A model generated the notes under the pieces. It saw only the letters and a program-made list of their open reading frames with translations. It was not told where the DNA came from and did no database searches. Below are positions 18,741 through 28,124 of a stretch of 56,057 nucleotides of DNA, one piece after another. Source of the stretch: a virus (lineage: Duplodnaviria; Caudoviricetes); the IMG/VR virus record IMGVR_UViG_3300025875_000030, positions 1 to 56,057 of that record. One strand, 5' to 3'. How positions within the stretch are numbered: the stretch's first letter is position 1; each line of letters starts with the position of its first letter. Position numbers and translations under genes: made by a program.

Positions 18741-19733
18741 TTAAAATGGCACATCATCATGCGGTTTCTTGCTATCTGTACTATCAGATTTATTTGTTTT
18801 TTTGGCATCCTTACCAAACGCCTCAAGCTGCTGGGGATTTTCCTTGCCCTTTGCCGGGGCTGCCTTTACCGGCGCTTGCTGATCGTGGGTGTATGGCAAT
18901 CCATTTATATCAATACTCATAAGGAAATCATCAAACATTTTCCCTCTTGATACTCCGCATCTAACTTTTACGGTGTTAAAGTTAATAATGTTCCCATCCT
19001 TATCTGTAAGAGGATCAATAAATATCAGGGTTTCAGCTTTCTTAGTTACAGATGATCCAAGGTGCCCGGTTGCTTTGTCGTTGCCAAAGGTTTTATGTAT
19101 AACCACGCAAATATGTATTTTTAGTTCATCAGTCCACTTAAGGAGATAGCTGGCAACTTCATTACTCAAAACAAGATTATTTGCATCATTAAGTAAATCC
19201 GCAATTCCATCAATAAAGGCAAGCTTAATCTTTCCGGCGTGTGGGCCTTTGGTAAACATCCAATCAATAAGCTGTACCCTTTGTACAGGAGTAAGATTAC
19301 GGGTGTATATTGGCTCATAATTCTTGTAAGGTGCCCCAACTATTATTTCAGTTCTTTTAAAGGTTCTACGGGCATAATATTTACCCTGTTCCGTATCTAT
19401 GTCATAAATATAATCCTCCTCAACCCTGTGCCCCGTAATGTGTGGAGCCTTAAGGTTTGAACTCCCCCCCATGTATGAGGCACACAACAAAGATTTAAAA
19501 AATGATTTCTTTGTTTTGGATGGTGCCACAATACAACTAAACTCCCCCTCCGTACATATTGGGATGTGATTGTTATGGCTATCCGTGCCAATAGAGAGTA
19601 ATATTTTTGGATGAGGAACCTCTTGAGTTAAATCAATCCGGCAACTTTTGTAAACGGCGGCCAGGTCCGGAACGGGCTCCGCGCCGGAGTTTTTATCCTC
19701 CTGCTTTTTTTTCTCAATTTTCTGTAGTGCCAT
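18741..19733 (-). CDS. RecA-fold ATPase, RepA/AAA_25-like helicase
   Basis: APSKTKKS Walker A variant, IDTEQG, FIDGIADL, VIH..GHLGS..KAET. Confidence 0.75.
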   Translation of the reverse strand: MALQKIEKKKQEDKNSGAEPVPDLAAVYKSCRIDLTQEVPHPKILLSIGTDSHNNHIPICTEGEFSCIVAPSKTKKSFFKSLLCASYMGGSSNLKAPHITGHRVEEDYIYDIDTEQGKYYARRTFKRTEIIVGAPYKNYEPIYTRNLTPVQRVQLIDWMFTKGPHAGKIKLAFIDGIADLLNDANNLVLSNEVASYLLKWTDELKIHICVVIHKTFGNDKATGHLGSSVTKKAETLIFIDPLTDKDGNIINFNTVKVRCGVSRGKMFDDFLMSIDINGLPYTHDQQAPVKAAPAKGKENPQQLEAFGKDAKKTNKSDSTDSKKPHDDVPF

Positions 19734-20322
19734 TCTCTTTTGGTTCTTTGTTAGTGTATTTTAATAACCATTGTAAATCATGCTCTTTATCCTCATACCT
19801 GTGAAGTATCTCACTTAAAAAGTGGTTTAGTTTCTCATGTATCTCCGGCATCTCATACATATTGGTTTCAAGGTGCTCAAGAAATAACTTGTGATTTTCA
19901 GGATTTTTAAAGATTTCCTTATTGTTCCTGTACTCCTCCCTCACTTTTTCGGGATCAAGTTTGTTGCCGGGCTCCAGCATCTCCCAAAATGTACATTGCG
20001 CCCCTATTGCATCAAAAAAACCATTTAGGGAATACATATCCATCAAGCTTTTAAATCTTTGGTAATGGTGCTCCAAAGGAACCTCAAGGATGTGCATGAT
20101 TTCTTTTTCTGCAAACTTGTTATCCCCTTTGTAATGAGGGAGTAGATTGTTATAAATATACATGGCAAGTTTGGCAAAATGATGGTTGCGGTGTAACCTC
20201 TCCTCTTTCTGCATGTTTACCCACTCAATAACAAAGTTTAGGGCATCAACATCTGCATCATTACACTTGTGCCCATTGCTTACTGTATATGTAAGCCGGT
20301 TCATTGCCTTTAATAAGTTCAT
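19714..20322 (-). CDS. Hypothetical protein in replication module
   Basis: Between initiator and helicase. Confidence 0.7.
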   Translation of the reverse strand: MNLLKAMNRLTYTVSNGHKCNDADVDALNFVIEWVNMQKEERLHRNHHFAKLAMYIYNNLLPHYKGDNKFAEKEIMHILEVPLEHHYQRFKSLMDMYSLNGFFDAIGAQCTFWEMLEPGNKLDPEKVREEYRNNKEIFKNPENHKLFLEHLETNMYEMPEIHEKLNHFLSEILHRYEDKEHDLQWLLKYTNKEPKENGTTEN

Positions 20323-20325
20323 AAT

Positions 20326-21084
20326 CTATGCTGTTTTTTTATGCCTAAAATTCTTTGATGCAATAAGCTTTGGCATTTGTTCCCTAAGCTTTGAAGTGCT
20401 TAGTATGTTTGTTTTCCAAAACTCCCCGGCTGGGCTATCAAGATACTCATAAGCATCCCGGAGGTTATCCATTGTGAACTCATCACGCTCCACACAAAGG
20501 CGGATGGGATCAACATAGTTTTTGTAAGTGGCATTTTTTTGGTCCCGGATTGGTGCCTCTTTCTCTGTTAGGTTTTTAATAAATAGATTTCTAAAATGTT
20601 CCGCAATCTCAAAGTATTTTATCTGATCACTTGAAAGTTTTACCTCAAACCTTGGAGTAATTATTTGAGTTCTGTCATGGCTTATTGACAATTCACACAT
20701 TCTTATTTTATATAAATCTTTTATAGTATATAAAAGTTTATCATTAGTATTATTAAGAGGAGTAGTTTTTCCGCCGCGGGTTTTTACCGCGTCGGAAAAA
20801 TTAGGATACGGGTTTAATTCTATTTCAACATTTCCAAAAGCCCCCCCCTCTTTTTTAACCTGATATGTGGTTATCCATCCTTTATCAATAAGTTCTTTCA
20901 TGTATTTAATCCGGGTATCCTTTGAGCAATTTAAATCATTTTCAATTAAAGATGTTCTAAAAACCCAATTTTCAGGTTTAGAGCACAAATACACAAATAA
21001 AAACCTCGCATCTCTTGATATTGAATTATCATTTATCAAGCCGTTTGGCACTTGTGTAAAACTTTTTTTAATCTTGTTTTCCAT
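20326..21084 (-). CDS. Replication initiator protein (N-terminal wHTH)
   Basis: FTQVPNGLIND..ISRDARFLFVYLCSKPENW; C-terminal FWKTNILSTSKLREQ. Confidence 0.8.
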   Translation of the reverse strand: MENKIKKSFTQVPNGLINDNSISRDARFLFVYLCSKPENWVFRTSLIENDLNCSKDTRIKYMKELIDKGWITTYQVKKEGGAFGNVEIELNPYPNFSDAVKTRGGKTTPLNNTNDKLLYTIKDLYKIRMCELSISHDRTQIITPRFEVKLSSDQIKYFEIAEHFRNLFIKNLTEKEAPIRDQKNATYKNYVDPIRLCVERDEFTMDNLRDAYEYLDSPAGEFWKTNILSTSKLREQMPKLIASKNFRHKKTA

Positions 21085-21099
21085 GGTTCTCTGTTTTGT

Positions 21100-21975
21100 T
21101 TAAGCCGCCTTTCCGTTAAGAGTAATTGTATCATAATACTTTAATGCATACGGGATACGATCATACAACTCCTCAATCTTTGTATCATCCCTATGATACA
21201 CAATTGTTTTTACTCTCTCCTCTTTTGTAAAGGCTGGATTTGTTGAGTAAATTAAGTTGGTGTGTAGCTGGTTAAACAACTCTTGATGCTCCTCAAGGGT
21301 ATCATCAATTATACCATGAGCATAAGCAAGCTTTCTCCTCTCACTTTCAAAAATATGAGGAGGGCAATCCAAGAGAACATACTTGATATGGAACTCATCA
21401 CAACCATACAACTCCATATACACCCTGCCTTGCCATTCATAATATTTATCCTCCCCAGCAGCCATGAAAGTGTTTGCATCCCATGAGCATTTGGTATCAT
21501 AAACAATCTTTCTCCTCCTTATCTTGTGAAGTATATCCGCCTCCCCGGTTAATACGCCGTTATTCTTTCTCTCTGTATTTTTTCGGTAATAAACACCATC
21601 AACATCACAAAGCAGAGAAATTGCAGCCTCCTCATTGTATTGCCCTTTCTCAAGGTACTTTGATTTAGCCATACTCTTAATGCCTTTCTCTCTATAAAGC
21701 CACATCTCCCGGATCATTGCCTTGGCTGTATCAGATAACTCAAATGGGGCGTTTACTTTTGCAATAAGTTCATTAAGGGTTTTCTCCTGATTTGGTGTTA
21801 AAGCCTTGGATTTGGCAACAGCATTATTAAAATCATCCCTCATCTTAAACAGCCTCTCATACTCTGCATATTGGTTTGGAGTTACAACCTTGCCCCTGCC
21901 ATCTGTCATTAACGCCCCGCAACTTGAGGCTCTAAACAACAGTTTTCTCTTGTTTTGTTTTACTAATATTTCCAC
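21100..21975 (-). CDS. YqaJ/lambda-exonuclease-like recombination nuclease (GTG start)
   Basis: FRASS, KGQYNEEAAI, TGEADI..DTKCSW, WQGRVYM; adjacent to RecT. Confidence 0.8.
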   Translation of the reverse strand: MEILVKQNKRKLLFRASSCGALMTDGRGKVVTPNQYAEYERLFKMRDDFNNAVAKSKALTPNQEKTLNELIAKVNAPFELSDTAKAMIREMWLYREKGIKSMAKSKYLEKGQYNEEAAISLLCDVDGVYYRKNTERKNNGVLTGEADILHKIRRRKIVYDTKCSWDANTFMAAGEDKYYEWQGRVYMELYGCDEFHIKYVLLDCPPHIFESERRKLAYAHGIIDDTLEEHQELFNQLHTNLIYSTNPAFTKEERVKTIVYHRDDTKIEELYDRIPYALKYYDTITLNGKAA

Positions 21976-21984
21976 GGTAAAGAT

Positions 21985-22971
21985 TTATTTTTTGTTACTT
22001 ATTTCTGCCAGCTTTGCATTATACTCATCCCGGGTTTCATCATCAACATCCGCCTCACATTGTCTTAGCCCGGCAACTGTTTTTGAGTTTGCAATGTGGT
22101 TCCTCACTCTTGCCCTTATCTCATTTTGATTATTTTCTTGCAGAGGGATGAAATTATTATCATTGCTTGGGTTATCCAAGTACCTAACATTTTTGCCATC
22201 ATAATCCTCAATAACCGCCTGATCTGTTGTGATGGCTTTTATAATATCAACTGACTTTGGCCCGAACTTTCCAAGCAACAACTTGAGAACGGTTTTTTTG
22301 CTCATATCATCTTTATCCTCCGCCCATATCCCGGTGCCGTTTTTGTAGGTTTTACTGTATTTCCTTGCATGAGCCTCAATCTTATCAATTGGCATAAAAA
22401 ACTGTTTCTCAAAGCCATTTGCAAGGCGGAAATAAGCAACATATCCAATGATAGGCAAAGCCTCTCTTTTTGCCAAGTCCTGTACCCACTCATAGGAAAT
22501 ATCTCCGCTTAGGAAATCCGTATAAACCAACTCCCCCTGCCTTACATCAATGGCATTAATCCTAACATAATCCTTTGTTCTATGGCATAATTCAATTATA
22601 CCCTTATATCCTATCTGAAATTGAGCAACAGTTCTCCATTGGGGAGGATTTGTGCCTTGTATTTTTTCATTATAAGGGATGATGTAAGCAAGCCCAAGAT
22701 TTGGATCAATTGGCAGCTTAAGAGTTGCAGCAACAGCCGCCGCCATCAATATTGTTTGGGGCTCCGCGTTTTTTAGTTTGTCGCTATTCTGCACACAATT
22801 TAAAACGCTCATAAGGAATGCAGGGGAGCCATCTCCAAGTATCTGCTTAAAACGTGCCTGTACCTCCTCATCCTTAATCATAAGCTTAAGAGGGCGCGGC
22901 TGGGCCGGTTGCAAGGCTGTTGCCTCTTGTGCCGCTGGTGTGTTTTGGTTTACCTCTGACATTTTACTCAC
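21985..22971 (-). CDS. recT: RecT-family single-strand annealing recombinase
   Basis: LPIDPNLGLAYIIPY, AQFQIGYKGIIEL, MSKKTVLKLLL. Confidence 0.9.
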   Translation of the reverse strand: MSKMSEVNQNTPAAQEATALQPAQPRPLKLMIKDEEVQARFKQILGDGSPAFLMSVLNCVQNSDKLKNAEPQTILMAAAVAATLKLPIDPNLGLAYIIPYNEKIQGTNPPQWRTVAQFQIGYKGIIELCHRTKDYVRINAIDVRQGELVYTDFLSGDISYEWVQDLAKREALPIIGYVAYFRLANGFEKQFFMPIDKIEAHARKYSKTYKNGTGIWAEDKDDMSKKTVLKLLLGKFGPKSVDIIKAITTDQAVIEDYDGKNVRYLDNPSNDNNFIPLQENNQNEIRARVRNHIANSKTVAGLRQCEADVDDETRDEYNAKLAEISNKK

Positions 22972-23224
22972 TTTGAATGGTTATGAAATCTTTTACATCA
23001 AGCCCGGACATTTCAGACATTGTAATTATCTGCTTAAGGATAACGGGCCCGTTACCGCCTTTAAGGTTCCCCAAGGTTATGGGGCTAACACTTATCTTTT
23101 CAGCCAATCCCTTTTGATTTAGCTGTTTTAAATCCGGGTTCTTTTCGTTGTATGTATCAATAACTTTGTTAATGTCAACATACACACCCGTTTTCCTCTT
23201 TTTAGGAGCATTGTTATTATTCAT
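22964..23224 (-). CDS. XRE/Cro-like HTH regulator
   Basis: LNQKGLAEKISVSPITLGNLKGG. Confidence 0.7.
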   Translation of the reverse strand: MNNNNAPKKRKTGVYVDINKVIDTYNEKNPDLKQLNQKGLAEKISVSPITLGNLKGGNGPVILKQIITMSEMSGLDVKDFITIQSE

Positions 23225-23262
23225 AATGGTTTTTATTAAGCTGGCTTGATGGGCTGCCAGCG

Positions 23263-24459
23263 TTAGCCCTGTTTATTGTGTATTATGCTCAATCCCTCCG
23301 GCTTTTTTACCCGGCTCAATGCCACATAAAGTTGCCCCTCCGCAAAGCACGGGAGAGATAAATCAATTGTTAACTCATCAAATGTTAGCCCTTGTGATTT
23401 GTGGATAGTAAGGGCATAAGCAAGCTTAATAGGGAGTTGCGTAATGCTTGCAATCTCTTGTAACTCCAACTCTCCTAATGCCTCATTCAAAACATACTCC
23501 TCCTTAGTGAATTTGAAGTAATCCAGCGGATGCAAAACCTTTCCAACCTCAATAAAATATTTCTCATCCGTGTGAGGCTGGTATCTGAAAATGCCCAATG
23601 TTCCATTAACAAGCTTATTGTTTTTGCTGTTAACCAAATACATTATTTTGCAACCATCTTTAACCTTGATTTCCAAATCAACATTAAAATCCGCTGCATT
23701 GATCTTGCCATCAACAATTGCATTAAAAGTAAATGCCTCCCCGGGAACGCTGTTAAAGCCCTCAAGATTGTACTTGTGTACTGTTGCAACATGAGGAGCC
23801 AAAATAACACCCTTTCTCTCTCTGTTTATAAATTGGCGGAAATAAGGAGCCCTTAAGCCATCCCTCACTAAGTTTAAATTTTCTATAAACTCCGGATCAT
23901 CTTGCCTCTGCATCTCCTGTAACTCTATGTTAAGGGTGTTTAATCCTTTGTAACATCCAGCTTGATTGAAAGTGTAACCGCTGTAAGTTTCTAACATTAC
24001 GCTTTTAAAATTATCATCCGCGACAATTCCAAGCTGTTTTAAATCCCCAACAAAAATTATCTGTTTCTTGAATATGCTCCCACACCCGTTTTTTATCAAA
24101 GTCCAATTTATTGCATCAAGAATATCCGGCCTTACCATGCTTACCTCATCTATTACAATAACCTTTGCCATTTTTAAAACCAGCCTCTTGGCGGGCTTTA
24201 AAAATCTGCAACTTTCAGAGGTTAATACTCCATGTATTCCAAGCCCAAATGTTGAGTGTATTGTTGCTCCTCCCAAGTTGTTTGCCGCAATGCCTGTTGG
24301 GGCAACAGCAATAACCGCCTTTCCCTTTTTTCTCAATCTCTCAATAACATCTTTCACTATAAAGGTTTTCCCGGTTCCCGCCTTTCCTGTTAGAAAAACA
24401 TTTCTCCCGCTCTCCACGGCATCCACAAATAATTGTTGGCTTTTAGAATATGTGCTCAT
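23263..24459 (-). CDS. PIF1-family (SF1B) DNA helicase
   Basis: GKAGTGKT, APTGIAA, DEVSM, GDLKQL, AYALTIHKSQGLT, GQLYVALSRV. Confidence 0.92.
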   Translation of the reverse strand: MSTYSKSQQLFVDAVESGRNVFLTGKAGTGKTFIVKDVIERLRKKGKAVIAVAPTGIAANNLGGATIHSTFGLGIHGVLTSESCRFLKPAKRLVLKMAKVIVIDEVSMVRPDILDAINWTLIKNGCGSIFKKQIIFVGDLKQLGIVADDNFKSVMLETYSGYTFNQAGCYKGLNTLNIELQEMQRQDDPEFIENLNLVRDGLRAPYFRQFINRERKGVILAPHVATVHKYNLEGFNSVPGEAFTFNAIVDGKINAADFNVDLEIKVKDGCKIMYLVNSKNNKLVNGTLGIFRYQPHTDEKYFIEVGKVLHPLDYFKFTKEEYVLNEALGELELQEIASITQLPIKLAYALTIHKSQGLTFDELTIDLSLPCFAEGQLYVALSRVKKPEGLSIIHNKQG

Positions 24460-24659
24460 TATTTTACTGTTATAATTTCAAATGGATAAATTGGCTCCGG
24501 CTCAAGAGGAATGATAACCCTATCAAACGGGTTCTCATAAGTTTTTGTGAGTTCACTCAATGGCTTATCAAAATCCGGATGCTTGGCATCAACTTTAAAT
24601 GTAATGTTACGCCTTGATATTATTGTAATCTTGGGATAAGTGTTATCAGGATTTTCCAC
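24459..24659 (-). CDS. Hypothetical early-type protein (GTG start)
   Basis: First gene after the promoter at 24684; coupled to the helicase. Confidence 0.6.
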   Translation of the reverse strand: MENPDNTYPKITIISRRNITFKVDAKHPDFDKPLSELTKTYENPFDRVIIPLEPEPIYPFEIITVK

Positions 24660-24683
24660 GGCCTAATGTTTTTATGTTTGATG

Positions 24684-24716
24684 CAAATATATAAAATATT
24701 TTATATCGTAAACAAA
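24684..24716 (-). promoter_or_regulatory. Early-type promoter with perfect palindromic operator
   Basis: caaatata 24684-24691; ATATAAAATATTTTATAT 24689-24706; caaa 24713. Confidence 0.75.
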
Positions 24717-24736
24717 TTATTTTTTTTATTGTGAGT

Positions 24737-24770
24737 AAAAAAAATACCGCCCTTGTGGAGAGCGGTATTT
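24737..24770 (-). terminator. Intrinsic terminator closing the predicted sRNA
   Basis: aaataccgc/gcggtattt stem, 8-T tract on minus strand. Confidence 0.75.
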
Positions 24771-24822
24771 AAAACAGTAAAATTTTTCTTGGAATAAAAT
24801 CTATTTGTTACCGTGGAATAAC
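24737..24822 (-). ncRNA. Predicted ~85-nt trans-acting antisense sRNA
   Basis: Promoter TTG-N19-TATATTTG (24827-24856), terminator 24737-24770, no ORF; segments complementary to many phage start regions. Confidence 0.6.
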
Positions 24823-24983
24823 AATGCAAATATAACCATCTTTTTGTTATTTGCAATAAAATATATTTTATATCCTAAATAAGTAATTTTTTTGCCTCCT
24901 GTTGAACTATCAGGATGCTCCCCGTGTTGAGAGCCTTGCCAGCAGAAAAAGCCTCTTAAATCAAAAAAACGGTTTTAATTAGT

Positions 24984-25628
24984 TTAAAACAGTTTCTTTG
25001 AGAGGGTAAATCCAATATAAGCCTCCTTTGTGGGCACATGATAAAGAACTCCGGCACCAAACCCAACATCATTTTTGCGGATGTACTCAAGCCCTAACAT
25101 TACCTGACTATTATTTATAACATCCTTGGAGAAAAAAGCCCCTCCTTTCACAAAAAGCCCGGAGCCATGTATTGTTGTTTTCTCCGTTGTTGTGTTGGTA
25201 ATTGTCTTTTCATCTACAATAGCAGTTACATCATTAAGGTAAACTTTGCCATCTGAAACAATCCGGCTGTATATAGTGGCGTTTTTGAGGCGCGTGGTAT
25301 CCTTGTAGGTGTTTAACTCCTTAACGTTGCTTAAATCGCCTGCATTTAGCTTTGATGTATCTTTTACCTCAATAACGGTTTCTTTCCCGGTTTTCTCATC
25401 CCGGATGATAATGTAAGGAGTTCTTTCCGGCTTTTGATTGGCTAAGGCATTGTTAACCGCCTGATCAATGGTTTTTACAATGTCAATGGTTTGTGTGGTT
25501 GTGGTTTCTTTCTCCACGCTGGCACCGGTGCCCGGTCCGGATCCATCTCCACACTCTTTAAACAAGAGGTAAATAACAATGGCTGCAAGTACAACCATCA
25601 TAACCCTTTCAAATGTGATGTTTTTCAT
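24984..25628 (-). CDS. Spanin-like lysis protein (N-terminal TM/Cys, C-terminal beta-strands ending in Phe)
   Basis: Follows the endolysin; start re-assigned to MKNITF because a promoter lies at 25653. Confidence 0.5.
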   Translation of the reverse strand: MKNITFERVMMVVLAAIVIYLLFKECGDGSGPGTGASVEKETTTTQTIDIVKTIDQAVNNALANQKPERTPYIIIRDEKTGKETVIEVKDTSKLNAGDLSNVKELNTYKDTTRLKNATIYSRIVSDGKVYLNDVTAIVDEKTITNTTTEKTTIHGSGLFVKGGAFFSKDVINNSQVMLGLEYIRKNDVGFGAGVLYHVPTKEAYIGFTLSKKLF

Positions 25629-25664
25629 TATGCTGAATTTTAAGTTATTGAGCAAATATAAAAC

Positions 25665-25697
25665 AAAAAGCCCCAGCACGGATGCCGGGGCTTTTTC
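25665..25697. terminator. Bidirectional-looking terminator after the endolysin
   Basis: aaaaagcccc..ggggcttttt. Confidence 0.75.
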
Positions 25698-25743
25698 ACT
25701 TTCACGCATATTGGATAACAAACACAGAGGCGCAAATATAAAA

Positions 25744-26475
25744 TTATATTTTAATCTTTTGCCCTATCTCAATAAGATTTGCCTGTTTAATGCTGTTTTT
25801 ATCCATTAGCTTTTGCACCGTTGTATTATACTTGGCAGCAATCTTGCTCAAGGTATCCCCCTTGGCAACCGTATATGTGCACTCCAACTCCCCCGCGCCA
25901 TCTGCTGCATGCTTGTGTATCACTTTGGCAATTGCCTTGGCTAAGGCGGGCTTATTTCGCTCATACTTTGTCATATCATTGAAGTTGGAAATAAAACAAA
26001 CCTCAATGAGATTGTTGATGCCCGGGAGCCTCATCCATCCAAGTTTGCCCCGGGCGCTTTCAAGTTCAGTTATAACACCTTTCTTGCCTCTCAATACAAT
26101 TCCCAACGTGTTACTAATTGCATAAGCCAAATCCTCCGCCAAAGCCCTCTCCTTTTGATCCGGAACGCCCGGGATTAAAACCTCTGTACCTGTTGCCTTG
26201 GGAGTAGCTGCATTAAAATGTATATCAATTACAAGAGAGTTCTCATCAACCTTGCTTTTGAAAACGGCAATTGTATCACTTAGGATACTATCATCTTTAT
26301 CTGTAACAGGAGTGATGCCCAGCGCCTCCAATTCTTTTGTTATTAGGGCTCTTAGCTTTGCAGCCTCCACGCCCTCAACATACCCATTGCCTGCCGCTCC
26401 ATTATCAATTGCTTTGCCTTGAGGGTTTGTTCCTTTCTTGCTGGAATGGCCAGCGGATAAAAATACTTTTTTCAT
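25744..26475 (-). CDS. Endolysin: N-acetylmuramoyl-L-alanine amidase (Amidase_3) plus LysM
   Basis: [25 protein letters not shown]; [16 protein letters not shown] LysM. Confidence 0.92.
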   Translation of the reverse strand: MKKVFLSAGHSSKKGTNPQGKAIDNGAAGNGYVEGVEAAKLRALITKELEALGITPVTDKDDSILSDTIAVFKSKVDENSLVIDIHFNAATPKATGTEVLIPGVPDQKERALAEDLAYAISNTLGIVLRGKKGVITELESARGKLGWMRLPGINNLIEVCFISNFNDMTKYERNKPALAKAIAKVIHKHAADGAGELECTYTVAKGDTLSKIAAKYNTTVQKLMDKNSIKQANLIEIGQKIKI

Positions 26476-26477
26476 GG

Positions 26478-26765
26478 CTATTCTGTTACTTCAATAAAAT
26501 GCTTATGAAACTCCTCCGCCTGCATGATGATAGCGCCATCCGCCTCAAGTACTAAGAACTCTCCCGGCACAAAATCAAAAACCTCCCCATTTTGGTTTAC
26601 TATAAGATATTTTTCATCATTCTCATGTGTAATCTTAACAATTATATCTCCAATAACTATTTCCGCATGCCAATGGGGATGAGGAGTGTTTTTTTTCATG
26701 TGCTCAACAAACTCCTCAAATGAGTAAGCTGTTACTAAATCTTTTTTCTCTGTAAATGTTGACAT
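26478..26765 (-). CDS. Hypothetical protein
   Basis: Downstream of promoter-like caaatata at ~26789. Confidence 0.65.
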   Translation of the reverse strand: MSTFTEKKDLVTAYSFEEFVEHMKKNTPHPHWHAEIVIGDIIVKITHENDEKYLIVNQNGEVFDFVPGEFLVLEADGAIIMQAEEFHKHFIEVTE

Positions 26766-26811
26766 AATAATATATTTTAAAGTTTTAACAAATATATAAT
26801 AAAAAAGCCCC

Positions 26812-27168
26812 TTAATGGGGCTTCACTTGTGGTGTATCAAACTTAAATAAACTATGCCAAAGTTGTTTAAAGTTTCGGCTCCGCTCTATGGCATGGCCTT
26901 TCATAATAAATAGGGTGTGTGTGTAAAAAATCCACCATCTTAAATAATACGCATCAAGCACCTTATCCGGATCTGAATATCTATTACAAAAATAAAAAGT
27001 CATTAAAAGCAAAGTTACCCACAAGTAAACTCTTGTGGTTGCCGGGAGGGTACTCTTTATCTTGAGAAATCCTATCCATGCATGTGAATACATGATTATA
27101 ATTATTGAGGAGGCTATCAGGTGCCACACAAATGGCAAGTTACTTAAGTGTTGATTTAGATCTTGCAT
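26812..27168 (-). CDS. Membrane protein, holin/antiholin candidate
   Basis: About 3 hydrophobic segments, lysis region. Confidence 0.55.
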   Translation of the reverse strand: MQDLNQHLSNLPFVWHLIASSIIIIMYSHAWIGFLKIKSTLPATTRVYLWVTLLLMTFYFCNRYSDPDKVLDAYYLRWWIFYTHTLFIMKGHAIERSRNFKQLWHSLFKFDTPQVKPH

Positions 27169-27175
27169 ATTTTAA

Positions 27176-27619
27176 TTATTTGCCCAATACCCTTGAAACA
27201 ACAACAGCACTCTTATCCCATAAAACATAAATCATCTGTTTTAATTTTTCATTGCTCTCTTTATCAAATAGTATCCTTATGATGGCAAATGATTTCAAAC
27301 CCATTATAAAGCCCAAGAACAAAGAAAGCCCGGTGCCGTATCCATTCTCCAAAGTGTATTCGTAGGTTAACCATACAAAGGAAAATGAAATAATTGGTGT
27401 GAGGAAAATAATAACATACTTTGTGCTTTTTTTAGTAACTGATTGATGTTCCATCACTATGGATATAACAGTTGTAAAAAAAACAATAGCAAGTACTTTA
27501 ATATCCATCTCGCTTAATCCTCCCCTGAACAATCCATCATGTAACTCCGCGGATGATAATACAAAAAGCAGGCTTGAAAATCCTGTATAGGTAAATTTTA
27601 AAAAGTATTTTCCAATCAT
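27176..27619 (-). CDS. Holin-like multi-TM protein (start MIGKYF)
   Basis: About 4 TM segments, charged C-terminus. Confidence 0.55.
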   Translation of the reverse strand: MIGKYFLKFTYTGFSSLLFVLSSAELHDGLFRGGLSEMDIKVLAIVFFTTVISIVMEHQSVTKKSTKYVIIFLTPIISFSFVWLTYEYTLENGYGTGLSLFLGFIMGLKSFAIIRILFDKESNEKLKQMIYVLWDKSAVVVSRVLGK

Positions 27620-27691
27620 TGCATCCGGGGTTAATAGTTTATTATTGCTCAAAAGTAAACATTTAATAAAACCTTATGAATTATTAACAAT

Positions 27692-27725
27692 AAAAAAAGC
27701 CCGCTTTTTGTCAAACGGGCTTTTT
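27692..27725. terminator. Intrinsic terminator
   Basis: aaaaagcccg/cgggcttttt. Confidence 0.7.
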
Positions 27726-27743
27726 ATCGGCTTTTTTTGCGCT

Positions 27744-28112
27744 TTATCTATTATCTGCAATATCTGTTTTTTTATCCACTATTGTTTGTATGCGGCTCTC
27801 TGTCTTACTCAATATACCTTGAAGTAAAGAGGAGCCTGTATATCCAACAAATATAAAAAAGAATTTTGCCCATTTGGTTATGCTTGGATATGCCCCTGTT
27901 GCTTCATCAAATATGAATATACCAATAGCAATTGCAATAATTGATGCCCCCAATGCAATCCAATCATCCCTAAAGTAATCCCCCACATTAAAGGGCATAT
28001 TTGCATTTTTAGCACGGGATTTCAGCGCTGGTAATTTCAAAACAAAAACATGGAACAACATGCCCAGCATGCCCCCAATAAATAAATCTAAGTGTAAATT
28101 TCCTGTAGTCAT
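27744..28112 (-). CDS. Holin-like 3-TM protein
   Basis: Three hydrophobic segments, GYTGSSLL, charged tail. Confidence 0.55.
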   Translation of the reverse strand: MTTGNLHLDLFIGGMLGMLFHVFVLKLPALKSRAKNANMPFNVGDYFRDDWIALGASIIAIAIGIFIFDEATGAYPSITKWAKFFFIFVGYTGSSLLQGILSKTESRIQTIVDKKTDIADNR

Positions 28113-28124
28113 TTGTATAATATA

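Noticed and set aside
24789-24821. Plus-strand minigenes TTG-GAA-TAA and GTG-GAA-TAA behind an AAAACAGTAAAA leader
   Set aside because: Promoter and terminator polarity both indicate minus-strand transcription; these are the complement of the antisense seeds. Would revive as a decoy RNA only if a plus-strand transcript is found.
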